A DNA stretch of 63,546 nt, the filler included, from Stramenopiles sp. TOSAG23-6 (Eukaryota): assembly GCA_900128565.1 (NCBI GenBank). It is 10 parts of 10 records of this genome, joined end to end, with 100 filler letters (N's around TTAATTAATTAA, not from the genome) between each part and the next. Parts side by side here need not be neighbours in the genome. Positions count along the whole stretch, not along the records: positions 48,692 to 55,514 come from LT636642.1; positions 55,615 to 62,426 come from LT636643.1; 8 more parts are not named here. The stretch is one strand, 5' to 3'. The notes under the pieces were generated by a model. That model was not told the DNA's origin. It was given only the letters and a program-made list of their open reading frames with translations, and did not search any database. The translations under genes were made by a program, and so were the position numbers. Below are positions 49,897 through 61,661 of the stretch, one piece after another (position 1 is the first letter of the stretch; every line of letters starts with the position of its first letter).

Positions 49897-51183
49897 ATGA
49901 TTCATGTTGCATGGATGTTCACACTGTTCACATTGACTCGAATTAATTATATAACGGCAGCTACTGCTTCTGCTTCAACTCTGGAGCCGTTAGAAATATT
50001 CTATAGTGCCTCGAAATTGGGCGAATTTCACATTGATGCGGATACATTGGTAAGACATATAAAGGAAGCAATATTTGAGAGACATGGTCACCCCGTTGAA
50101 GACCAAGAGCTTATTTGGGGTGACCAGACACTCGAAAATAATGAAAGGGTACTTGCATATGACAAATATGACTTTGATGTACCTAGAAGACTTCGTCTGG
50201 GCGTTGCAGATGAACCTCCCCGTTTCGGCATGCTAGGAGGATTTGGTGGAGAAAGCAGGGGTATGGATATTGATACATCAGGATACAACTCTGAATTTCC
50301 AGGGTTAGCTTTTCAAGGATCATTTGGATCATTTGATCATCCAGATGAATCTGAAATGAATCTTGGCGATTTGAGTCCGGTTGCTTCGTTACAACCAGAA
50401 AGCTTAGTTGAAACAATGAATCTTGGTGGCCGTCGCGTTGTGAGTCCGGTTGCTCCGTTACAACTAGAAAGCTTAGTTGAACCTCCTGATGAATACGAGA
50501 GTCCTCCAGGTACGCCTCGTCAAGATAATGATATATTGCTAGATATGTGCTCGCCTCCAGTCCATGTCAAAGAAGAATTCGAAAATTACGTGTTGTATCC
50601 AGGTGGTTTCAAGCCTCCAACCAAAGGCCATTTTTCTGCCCTTCAGATAGGAGTGAACAAACATAGTGCTGTTGGTGGTGGTGTTAACATTGCAGCCATT
50701 GTTGTAATTTACCCAGAAAAACGCCATGGAGTAAGTGACCAACAGTCTGAACAAATCTGGCATTTGTATAGCACATTGCTTACAGGTCTTTATGACGGTG
50801 CATTTTATACTTGTAATATGCTGGATGTAAAACGTGATCCACACGACGTAAGTTATGATATGGTGAAAACTCTCAATAAGCGAAGTCTAATTGTAGCTGG
50901 GCCCGATAGGAAGGAGTATACGGAACGGATCAAAAAGTCAACTCGGGTAACCCAAGACTTGACGGAATACGAAATCATTGAAAAGAGAGTTGGTGACGTT
51001 TCTGCAACACTTATGGCTGCACAACTAGAAAGATGGCGTCTTTCCGGTCATACAAATAGCATGAACATTCCTAGTGACCAGCTTGCCAGATTTACGGCAC
51101 AATTCTTTCCAAAAGGTCTCAGTGTTGACCGACAACGTCACATCATTGATATGCTATTGCCAGTTGCAACAAAAGAGAGGTAA
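49897..51183 (+). CDS. Signal peptide + ubiquitin-like domain + HxGH-superfamily nucleotidyltransferase-like domain
   Basis: Hydrophobic N-terminus; DTLVRHIKEAIFERHGHPVEDQELIWGDQTLEN (UBL pattern); YVLYPGGFKPPTKGHF (Rossmann T/HxGH motif); later VSAT. Confidence 0.65.
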   Translation: MIHVAWMFTLFTLTRINYITAATASASTLEPLEIFYSASKLGEFHIDADTLVRHIKEAIFERHGHPVEDQELIWGDQTLENNERVLAYDKYDFDVPRRLRLGVADEPPRFGMLGGFGGESRGMDIDTSGYNSEFPGLAFQGSFGSFDHPDESEMNLGDLSPVASLQPESLVETMNLGGRRVVSPVAPLQLESLVEPPDEYESPPGTPRQDNDILLDMCSPPVHVKEEFENYVLYPGGFKPPTKGHFSALQIGVNKHSAVGGGVNIAAIVVIYPEKRHGVSDQQSEQIWHLYSTLLTGLYDGAFYTCNMLDVKRDPHDVSYDMVKTLNKRSLIVAGPDRKEYTERIKKSTRVTQDLTEYEIIEKRVGDVSATLMAAQLERWRLSGHTNSMNIPSDQLARFTAQFFPKGLSVDRQRHIIDMLLPVATKER

Positions 51184-51558
51184 AGAAAAAATGAGGTAGA
51201 TAACAACTAGATTGACAGATGATCTATCAAGGTTTATGATGAAACAAATATTACAAAGCTTTATTTATTTGAAATTCAATACAATTGGGATTATCAAAAT
51301 TATTTAGGATATTACTTATACATAATTATTACTTTCCTTGTTGATTCATAAGCCCTTTTCTATTATTCCATTGACGACGGTACCGTACTATAGTATATAC
51401 CAAATGTATACAACTAATTGCACGACGGGGATAGCAAAGAAGTAAATGAATGTTTTTTTTTAAACTTTNTACAATGCTTTATTGAAGAATTGCAAAAAGT
51501 TTAAAGAAAAACCATTTATTTATTTATTTATTAGTAAGCAATGATCTAGACGATGGTA

Positions 51559-52881
51559 CTACATATGTGGTTCCATTCTAAAAAAGTTTAAATAAGGAGT
51601 ACGTATTTTGGAAAAATATTTCAAAAAAAAAACGTTAGGTACAAAATGTCGTATGAAAAAATAAATAAATTCGAAATTGAAAAAAAAAATAAAAGATACA
51701 CACTCCTCGCAAGGAATTGAAAATCCCTCTTGGCACGAATTGCAACCTTTACAGTGCCACTTACACCAAAATTCACAATGTACTTCCTTTGGATTCTGCT
51801 TTGCATAAGTGAGCTCTATTATATCTCCACTTCCTAAGCTAAACGACTCCCAAGGCTCAAAGTTAATGTGTATTTTGGAAAAATATTTCAAAAAAAAATT
51901 TAAAATTTGTTAGGTACAAAATTTTTATAAAAAATCAAAAAAAAAAAATTCGATTTTTTTTTAAGGCTCAAAAAAAAAAATAAAACATACGTTGAGAGTA
52001 TCTGGAAAGTCATATATATCATTACCTTGTTTGATCCAATCTTCTCGTTTTTTAAAAAAGTCTCTACTCTTATCTTCAAGTTGCTGGAGTTTTGGAGGCA
52101 ACCAGCCTCGTCCAATTGTTCTAGGTCGTATATTTGGAAAAATATTTCAAAAAACAAATTGTTAGGTACGAAATTTACTATGAAAAAAAAATTAGACATT
52201 CATATAAAACCGATAAAACATACGTGTATCGTTATATTCTCTCTGAAGTTCATCAATAATATTTTGCTTCTTACAAGCAGGAGGACACGCAACCTGCCAT
52301 GATCTTCCTCGCTTTACACCTCTTTTAGCAGCCAACGTTTTTAATTCTTTTAATTTTAATTTTTTTAGTTCAGTTACTGCAGGAAGAGGAGAAACATTTT
52401 GGTGAAGTTCGTGAAGCATTTTTTCAATTTTTGAGTCCAAGATTTTCTTTTTTGAAACATCACGATTTACCCAGCTTTGATACCATTTGATATCTTCATC
52501 TCTGTGACATAGTCGAGCCTTAATGAGTTTACGTCTATACTTCATAATATCGCGTCGATATTCCTCGCATTCTTTTCCTAACTTTTCTAAGACTTTGTGT
52601 TTTGCAGACAAAGCAAGTTTTGAAAACCGAATCTTAATTTTCGCGAGCAAAGCAATACTTATTCGTTTTGAAACAACACCTGTGGCACCAACAACGACGT
52701 CACCACCCACAACACCACCACTACTAAGTATACTACAGACACCACCACCATCTTCCGTTTTTGTTGCTGCCTTTTGTAGTGGCTTTTGTGGTAGTGGATT
52801 TAGTGCTGGTGAAGACCCATGCGAGTTAACATGGCCACATCCACTGGAATTGGTGCAGATATTTGCCACAGAGGATTCCAT
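51559..52881 (-). CDS. Hypothetical 4-exon protein with a C-terminal Cys/His cluster
   Basis: Exons 52224-52881, 51991-52127, 51700-51867 and 51559-51600 join in one frame (YNDT|RPRTIG...DTLN|INFEPW...CEEC|TPYL). The middle exon is in a different frame from the ORF-track call. Confidence 0.7.
51601..52223 (-). mobile_element. Three family introns: 51601-51699 (GT-GT, flanks GT/GT), 51868-51990 (GT-AC, AC/AC), 52128-52223 (GT-AC, AC/AC)
   Basis: Removal yields one continuous frame. The terminal dinucleotide equals the upstream exon end in all three. Confidence 0.8.
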
Positions 52882-53204
52882 AATAAATGATCTCAGATTG
52901 TATACTAATTACAGTAGTAGAGAAGAAACCAAAGGCAACAACAACACAAAACAAGTTTTAAAAAAAATCGTTTGATGTGTTTGATGTGTTTTTAAATAAT
53001 TGTTGACCGTTGACTGAAAAGTTTGGTGTTTATTTATTGAGGGTTGGGGTTAATTTCAAATTTTTAAATGTTCGTTTTTTTTTAAGTTTTAACTTCGTAA
53101 TTTGTGTTTTGTGTCGTCGACTACTACAACACATATAAAAATATAATAATAGTGACAGTATCAAAGTTAAACATACAGAATAACAATACGTTATAGTGGC
53201 ATCA

Positions 53205-55361
53205 ATGACTCAAAATCTTCGTTATTTCCAAGAATTGCCTCATGAAAATAATCATTCATATAACATATCAAAAACTGCTGTAGAGATAGACGAGGGAGAC
53301 AACATTGAACAAACAAACAGGAGAAAAATGAATAGTCACGAAAAAGAACTACAGAACGACTCCAGTAGTTATACAACTACTAACGGTACTGATACGTCTT
53401 TAACTGCTGTACAAAAACATTCATTGTATATATATAGATTAGCGTGTAAGAAAAAGAACAATCAATATACACGTAAACAAAGTTATAATGCTCATGAAAA
53501 AGAGAATTTTCGAAATTTTAAAAATGTACTAAAAATGATTAACTTACGTCTAAGACATCGTTATATTCTGATGTTGTCATGGGCATTTCATAATATACAA
53601 CTATCTGCAACACAATCAAAATCAATTATAGTGAACTCGATCCAACTTCATCGAAAAATGGAAATGATACTTGAATTATTTGTAGTTTTTTTTTTTCATT
53701 TTTTTTTTTTACTACAATTTTTTTTTCATACGAAATTTTGTACCTAACAAATTTTTCAAAAAAAATTAAATATTTTTTCACACTATTTGAAAAAGAAAAT
53801 TTAATTCAAAGATTTCAATATTTATTATTTCAACGACAAAAACATTCAAAATATTATTCTATTTCTCGTGCGTTTAGGAAATGGTGCCTCAGTCATTGTG
53901 TATGTTTTATTTTATTTTTTCAAAATTTTTTTTTTTTCAAAATTTTTTTTTTCAAAAATTTTTTTTTTCAAAAATTTTTTAATAAAATTTTTTTTTTTTT
54001 TTTCAAAAATTTTTGTACCTAACGATGTTTACTTTTTTTTTTCAATTTCGAATTTATTTTTCCAAAATACATGCATCAATATTTGCTGCACAGAAAAAAA
54101 ACGAAATTTCTCGGTCTAATTTACTATTCAAAACATTCAAAAAAAATATGTTTCAAAAGGCTCTTAGGGTTAGGGTTTGTCAATATTTTTGTACCAGACA
54201 AAAAATGTTAAAACTTTCAGCATTTAAAAAGTGGCAACAGAACACTTCTATACAACATTGTATTACCTTATTTGACAATCAAACAAATGAAATCAAACAT
54301 ATTTTGTATATTTTTTTTATTTGTCATCAACTTTATAATGGAATGAACGTTCAGTTAGGGTTAGGGATTCAACAAAATTCAAAAAAAAATCAAAAAAAAA
54401 AACAAAAAAAATATATAAAAAATATAAAAAATCCAAAAAATCCAAAAAAAATGATAGACAAAGTCCGAACAATATGTTCAATACTACTTCGACACAATCA
54501 TCAATATTATAAACAATATATAGTAAAACAATATTTTTGTAAGTGGAAAAATTTCTCCAATATAAATTCGAAATTGGAGCTTTTAGATATAGTAAAAAAT
54601 TCATTAGTTTCACAAAACAAATTACAAACAATACATCAAAATACACTACTACATATTGAAACACAACAAAATATAGTCAATGATCAAAAACACGAAATCG
54701 AAATACTTTGCAACCAAATGGATAAAATGAAATTACAATATGAAAACGAAAAAAAAAAGTTGTTTGATAAATGTATGTTTTTTTTTTTTTAAATAATTTT
54801 TTTTTGTAGTAAATTTTGTACCTAACCAATTTTCAATTTTTTTTTTTTAGATATTTTTCCAAAAATATCACAACAACATACAATCATGCAACAAAATACA
54901 GAAGAAATGTATAGAAAACAAACTCAAATGTATAAGAATGAATACTCAAGTGAACAAAGTGCAAATAAAATATTACATAATAATTTACAAAAAAAAAAAA
55001 AAAAATTGAATGAAAAAAAAAAAGAAATGCAAAATGTTGTTACGCTTTACGATACAAAACAATCATCATTATATAATGAAATGAGTCAACTTCAAGAAGC
55101 ATCAAACGAAATCATTGCTACGCTAAATGATGAATACAAAGCAAAATTACAATATATTGAAATGGAACAATCCTGTCATTTTAAGAATTTAACTGAAGAA
55201 TTTCAAGAAAAGGAAAAAAAAATCAATGAAATGTTTTGTCATTCTACAAAAAAACATTCAGAAAACACTTTTGAAATTCTCCAACAACAAAAAATATTGA
55301 AGCAAAGTAACAAAAAATATGAAAATGATATTCAAGAGTTGCGGTATACAAATTCATTACT
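53205..55361 (+). CDS. Multi-exon coiled-coil protein with AFxKW-type motifs (centrosomal/Sfi1-like, tentative); 3' partial
   Basis: Four exons joined across introns 53682-53788, 53900-54072 and 54773-54868. RAFRKW, SAFKKW, YFCKW. Confidence 0.55.
53682..54868 (+). mobile_element. Three family introns: 53682-53788 (GT-TT, TT/TT), 53900-54072 (GT-AT), 54773-54868 (GT-AT; an in-frame AG alternative ends at 54850)
   Basis: ELF|EKEN, SHC|ASIF, FDK|SQQH. Confidence 0.72.
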
Positions 55362-55613
55362 GTATGTCTTTGTTATGGATATTTTTTTTTAATTTTTTGA
55401 AATTTTTTGAAATTTTTTTTAAATTTTTTAAATTTTTTTTTTCTTTGTTCAAAGAAAAAAAAAAAAAATCTTTGAAATTTTTTATTCGTACATTTTTTTT
55501 TTTTTTTTTTTTTTNNNNNNNNNNNNNNNNNNNNNNNNNNNNNNNNNNNNNNNNNNNNTTAATTAATTAANNNNNNNNNNNNNNNNNNNNNNNNNNNNNN
55601 NNNNNNNNNNNNN

Positions 55614-55965
55614 NGCCGGAGGTAGCTGTTTCATTGGTAATGATTTTGCTGGTGGCTTTGCCGGAGGTAATTGTTTCATTGGTAATGATTTAGCTGGTAA
55701 CTTCGCCGGAGGTAGCTGTTTCATTGGTAATGATTTTGCTGGTAACTTCGCCGGAGGTAGCTGTTTCATTGGTAATGATTTTGCTGGTGGCTTTGCCGGA
55801 GGTAATTGTTTCATTGGTAATGATTTAGCTGGTAACTTCGCCGGAGGTAGCTGTTTCATTGGTAATGATTTTGCTGGTAACTTCGCCGGAGGTAGCTGTT
55901 TCATTGGTAATGATTTTGCTGGTGGCTTTGCCGGAGGTAACTGTTTCATTGGTAATGATTTTGTT
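55614..55965 (-). repeat. 45-nt coding tandem repeat, about 8 copies
   Basis: CCGGAGGTAGCTGTTTCATTGGTAATGATTTTGCTGGT... recurs every 45 nt. Confidence 0.9.
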
Positions 55966-56963
55966 GGAGGTTTTTTACTTGGCACAGCAGGTTTTGACAT
56001 CGGCGCAGCAGGTTGTTTTGCAGGCAATCGCTTGCTAGGTAATGGCTTCGATGGCGGTATCTTTGCTGGCGGTTTCTTACTTGGTAATGCCGGCGCAGTA
56101 GGTTTTGACATTGGTACAGCAGCTTGTTTTGCAGGCAATTGCTTACTAGGTAATGGCTTTGATGGCGGTATCTTTGCTGGCGGTCTCTTTGCTGGCGGTA
56201 TCTTTGCTGGCGGTCTCTTTGCTGGAGGTTTCTTACTTGGTAATGCCGGCGCCGTAGGTTTTGACATTGGCACAGCAGGTTGTTTCGCAGGCAATTGCTT
56301 GCCAGGAAAGGGCTTTGCTGGTGCCTTTGACGGTGGCCTCTTTGCTGGTGGTTTCTTTGATGGAGGTTGCGCGTTGATACTTCTACTTGGCGGTCTCTTA
56401 TTTGGTAAAGATGGGGCTGCAATTTTCGACATTGGTGCAGCTGGCCTTCCACGAGGTAATTGAACTGGTTTTCCAGGAGGTCTTACAACCTTCATTGGTG
56501 GTCTAGCCTTTGTTGGCGGCCTTCCTCGAGGTGGCGCTTTCCCCATTGGTCTTGAAGGTGGCGCCTTTCCCATTGGTCTTGAAGGTGGCGCCTTTCCCAT
56601 TGGTTTTCCTGGCGCAGCTTTTCCAGGTGGTCTCGAGTTCATTGACTTACTCGGAGGTCTAGGTTTTCCAGGTGGTCTCGCAGATTTCATTGGAGGTCTT
56701 CCACGAGGTGGAGATTTCGCAATTAGTTTTCCAGGTGGTCTAGCTGACTTCATTGGCGGTCTAGCTGCTTTCATTGGTGGTCTTCCGCGTGGTGGAGGCT
56801 TTCCAAATGATTTTCCTGGTGGAGATTTCGAGTTTAAGTTTATTGACTTACTCGGAGGTCTAGCTTTTCCTGGTGGCCTAGCAGACTTCATTGGAGGTCT
56901 TCCACGAGGCGGAGGAGCCTTCATAGGTGGAGGACGCCCACGCGGAGGTAATGGCTTACTCAT
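55614..56963 (-). CDS. Pro/Lys-rich repetitive protein (3' partial)
   Basis: ORF dominated by PPRGRPP, RPPGK and PAKSLPMKQLPPAK repeats. Confidence 0.75.
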
Positions 56964-57349
56964 CTTTGTTCATTCATTGTATCACTAGTATCCTTGCATA
57001 AAATTACGTTGGTTCGAGTCGAGAGAGGAAGTCACAAAATTTAGTAACTGTCTGGCGACGAGCAGGTTTGTCCGGGATCAGATTTGAAAATTTGAGATCT
57101 GAAGAATCTACAAAACACAAAACAAATAAAAATACAACAAAAAAAATAGAAAATGACACATGCTCTTCTTTTGAAGTTCAATTACCATTGAGTGAGCAGT
57201 GTGGCCATTGAAAATATTTTCAGTTGATACAAATATATATACATTACATTGAAACAATATTATAGAAATAATTTATAAGAGAATAAAAGACTTTTAAAAA
57301 TTTTATAATAAAATAAAAATATCATCAGTAAATAGATGTAGCATGAACT

Positions 57350-59050
57350 AACCATTTGCAGACAAAGGGTTGGAACTCCTCCAGTACATTACAGATTTTG
57401 TTTTTTTGTTCCTTACCACAAAAAGCAAACACAGCTTTGAAGTACTGCAGTACTGTCAATTGTGTGCATCTTCTTGTCTGGATTTATGAAATTTTTCATT
57501 ATTTGTTATTCTTTTATGAAGTACAGTTGGTTTAACTGAATTTGAATTGCTAAATATTTTGTGAATAAGGTGTTCCATTAGAATTGGAATAGACACATAG
57601 CAGGGAAAAGTGTGTATCTTCCTAATTATATTTTGCCAGCATATGCTTGTATATGCTTGCATAATTGTCCAATGCAATGCAAAAATGTCTTTTTTTTTGA
57701 TGGATTGATCAGTCATTGCAGTCATTTGAATATATTTTTTTTACAAGATATTTACATTGTTTAGGGTCAAAGATTGACCAGAGGCTCCCATATATGTTGG
57801 ATTTTTTTTTGGTTTTGAAATTTTTGCTTTCCCAAAATTTGACCATTGTATTACTAGAAATGACATATTGATTTTAGATTGCAATTGGCCAAAGTTTTCT
57901 CTTCAATACTGTTATTTCAGTTAAAAAATGGTAAAAAATAAAAGCAGAAGCACTTTTGTAGCTGGCCAACAAATTTTATGTCTTGTGGTAATTGACACAA
58001 TTGTGTTGATTGTCTTCTTTGGGGGGGGGGGTTCTATTTCATCTAATGGTGGATGTGGTTGTGGTGGACATCAAATTGTAGCACCAACATAACCATGCTG
58101 TACCCTCAGGGTTCATCGAAATATTGTGGATTTGTTTATGATGGTATTATTATGGTTGCATCCCATTTCAGTCAAAACTTTGTTCATTTTATCAATTGTA
58201 CCAGGACAATCTTCCTGGATACTCTTTTTTGCACAGCCATTTGCAAGTGCAATGGTAGAGCATCCTGTTGCAGCAGTAACCTTGTTAATGTTACTTACAA
58301 CTTGTGAATATGGCTCTATCTGAATAATGATTGTACCAACAAGATCAGTAACAAGCATTGACAGTGAGTCTCTCCCAAGAAAAGAAAGAATGTGTTGCCC
58401 AATACTATTTTTGAATGCATTTTGTAATGTCTTAACATCAAGCAGGTCAGTGCATTGCTTCTTTGAATATCCAAAATTCCGCATTTGCTGCAAGAAAATT
58501 CATGATGGAAGATACAGATGGTGCATACCACTTCACATTCCTATTCAATTGCTGATTGATCTGTTTCTGATATTCCGAATGACCTACTTTTGAAGTGACA
58601 TTGTTCCATAATGGGTTTTTTTCAAAGTCAATTTTTACACATTTGACCAATGTCCAAATTGCATTGACTATAGATCCTCCAGCGATCATAAGACACAAAT
58701 GTTCAATCCCAGCATTATGAAGATATCTTGAAAGTGTAACAGCAGAGTCTTCACTATCTACATGCAGAATCTTTGAAATCCTAATCAAATTAACAAATTC
58801 TGCACAAGTGCTAACTTATGTATACAACATCATGCCTATGGGTTTGTCCCTGGTTTCCTTCACTCCTTTTTGGTGATCACTGTACAGATAGAACAAGAAG
58901 ATATTTTTTCTTCTTTGTATTCTTCATCTTCTTCATCCAAAGCACTTTCACAGTTGAGGCTATTGTTTAATCCAATATGTGGATGATTGGTTATTCATCT
59001 CAAGTTGAAGCTATCAAAATGTGCTGTCAGGTAGATGAGTTTTTTTAATT
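57350..59050 (-). pseudogene. Degenerate, CpG-depleted coding relic (possible transposon or viral remnant)
   Basis: Overlapping short ORFs in different frames (58447-58788, 58113-58493), very few CG dinucleotides and many TG/CA. Confidence 0.45.
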
Positions 59051-59692
59051 TTTTTTTTCCAAATTTTTTTTTGAAACTGGTTTCAGATTTCATGTTTTTT
59101 CTTTTAGCCCTAACCCTAACCTAAATTAGTCCAAGTAAAGCAATTATGCTGTGCATTATACTAAAACAAAAACATGGGAGTATCCATTATGGTTACTCCC
59201 TACCATTGTGGCATCATTGGACATTATTGTGGTGCCAATGAATGTTCTCTGGTGGCTTGCATTTATCACTTTTGGTGTAGTAAAGTTGTCTTTATAGTGA
59301 GACACAATTATTAGACCTCAGAAACACTAACACTGACTGAAACCATACTAGGAGTATCCATAGTGGTTACTCCTTTTACCATAGTGGTATACTGCTGCCA
59401 TAGTGGCAACAGTGAAATCTGTATTCCAGTTTTGTTGTTTTGTTTACTTTGGTTAACTTTATCTACAGAGAGAGAGAGAAACAAGAACCAAAGAGAGTGT
59501 GTTTGGTGTTAGTGTGAGACATAGCACTGTGTAGCGCGCATCAGCTGACTTCCAACTCGAGGTGCGTTTTCATTTCAAAAAGTAAAATCAAGCAGGTTTG
59601 TCAATTTATTTTTACAAAATCGAAATGATCGCTGTCAACATCACGGGCACCAAATAACTTGTTGTATCTACTACAACAATTCACAGTACACA

Positions 59693-61456
59693 ATGTCACT
59701 ACCAATTGACATTCGTTGTGAAAATCTTTTGGTGTGGCTAGTCTCACGCCACCAGATTCCAAAACAATGGCAACGGGATCTCGAGAGAGTGAGGTCAAAG
59801 ATTATTCCTGCGGTCGAAAGAAATTTTTCAAAATCGACAGTTGAAGCGCTGAAAGACACTCTATCGATTAACATTGAAAGTGGTGACAACGTTTCTCTTG
59901 AGTTAAGTTATTTTGACTGTGTGAAAATTCTGAATTATTTAGTGACCCAAGCGCAATTACCGCAAGGTGTTGGGGTAAACAAAACATTATTAGGTAATTA
60001 CCAAGACGAAACTCTCTATGCTTGGCAGACAATTGTTTATGATTATGAACGAAGTAATGTATATTTGGCCGAAGCGTCTCGTACAATGATTCAAAAGAGT
60101 TTCCACGAAATTCCTGGTATGCGTAAAGAATTATCTGACTCACAGAAAATGTGTGTAAGTGTAGATGCTCGCATTGCAGATTTACGTCGAAGTATGTCTC
60201 AAGCAAGATCTCGTTTTGAAAAGTATTGCGTTCAACTTGAAATTTCTGAATTTGTATCGAATTCTTCAAGTATTTCGAGTGAAAGTATTCGTCGTGGATT
60301 ATTTCATTCTATTATAGGATTATGTGATGCACTACAAAGAGTACGTGACTTATCAGGTGAACAAATCATTATAGATGCTTATTTGTATTATTTTGAATTT
60401 CGTCAATATTTAAAAAAAAATAGTGAAAATAGTGATGAAAATAGTGATAAAAATGTTGAAAATGTTGAAAATGTGAAATTAACTTTTATGGATCGGCTTT
60501 TATCTCTACGTGAGTTGTCATTGAATAAAGAACCTTCAATTCCGTTAAAAACAGTAGATGTCGTTGATTGCTATAGTGATGAAAATGATAATAATGATAA
60601 TAATGATGATACAATAATGCCCACGGTAGATTGGGGAATAACTACTGAAACTGGTTTTGATGAAAATGATGAAAATGATAAAAATGATGATACAATACAT
60701 CCTACGGTAGATTGGGGAATAACTATTGAAACTGGTTTTGATGAAAATGATGAAAATGATGATAAAGAACGTGATATAGATTGGAGTAGTTGTATTATTA
60801 TTGAAGGTGGTGATAATAATAATAATACTACTGATAATAATAATACTACTGATAATAATAATACTACTACTACTACAAATAATAATACTACTGATGATGA
60901 TAATAATAATACCACAACTACAAATAATAATAATAATAATACAAAAACTATTTCAAGTTTATGTGATTGTGAGTATCGAAATTTAATTATTAATGATCTT
61001 ACAGAATTATCTGGTTTTCTTTCACAAAGATTAAATGAATTATCATCATCAGCATCAAGAGTGTATTCAACTATAATACTTGATGCTTCATCTTCTGTGA
61101 AATCTCAATCTATTGATAAAACAAAACGTATGCTTGAATCAGTGAATACAATTTTAGATATCCTAACAAATTCTCGAATTCTTCAAAAAATTTCAATTTC
61201 TACTTCAAATGAATATGTTGATAATGTAGTGGATAATGTAAAACATCGATATAAACAAATTACAAAAATTAATAATCGTATAATTCATACACAATTTCGA
61301 AAAAATGAATTATTAAAAAAGATTTCAATTTTAGATATACAATTGAAAAGAGCAAAATCGTATACAAAAGAAATACAAAATATTGTTCAACAAAAATTAT
61401 CAGAGAAATTCAATAATAGACGTATAAATATTACTGGTGCAATTAGTGCAGTATAA
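59693..61456 (+). CDS. CDK5RAP3: CDK5 regulatory subunit-associated protein 3 (C53, UFMylation adaptor)
   Basis: LPIDI...LLVWLVSR...W, YFDC, YLAEA...EIP, an acidic linker with VDWG/IDW motifs, DLTELSGFLSQR, C-terminal RRINITG. Confidence 0.9.
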   Translation: MSLPIDIRCENLLVWLVSRHQIPKQWQRDLERVRSKIIPAVERNFSKSTVEALKDTLSINIESGDNVSLELSYFDCVKILNYLVTQAQLPQGVGVNKTLLGNYQDETLYAWQTIVYDYERSNVYLAEASRTMIQKSFHEIPGMRKELSDSQKMCVSVDARIADLRRSMSQARSRFEKYCVQLEISEFVSNSSSISSESIRRGLFHSIIGLCDALQRVRDLSGEQIIIDAYLYYFEFRQYLKKNSENSDENSDKNVENVENVKLTFMDRLLSLRELSLNKEPSIPLKTVDVVDCYSDENDNNDNNDDTIMPTVDWGITTETGFDENDENDKNDDTIHPTVDWGITIETGFDENDENDDKERDIDWSSCIIIEGGDNNNNTTDNNNTTDNNNTTTTTNNNTTDDDNNNTTTTNNNNNNTKTISSLCDCEYRNLIINDLTELSGFLSQRLNELSSSASRVYSTIILDASSSVKSQSIDKTKRMLESVNTILDILTNSRILQKISISTSNEYVDNVVDNVKHRYKQITKINNRIIHTQFRKNELLKKISILDIQLKRAKSYTKEIQNIVQQKLSEKFNNRRINITGAISAV

Positions 61457-61661
61457 ATTCTTCATGATTCTTTTTTATATTTATTGAATAAACAGTATGT
61501 AGTATTATACAATATAAATAGAAGAAATATAAGGATATAATAAAATTTTATATATTTTCATAGTTATACCCTTTGACATCCAATCAATCAATTCATTATT
61601 TTACTTTTTATGTGTAATATTAATAATTATTCATAAATTATAAATTTTTATCCAACTTTGT

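Noticed and set aside
53738-54119. Many short Phe/Lys-rich ORFs sharing VRYKIS, MYLT or LGTKF peptides
   Set aside because: These are translations of the repeated intron core and homopolymers, not a protein family.
1890-61456. Alternative genetic code
   Set aside because: Conserved genes end at expected positions with TAA, TAG or TGA. In-frame stops fall within introns.
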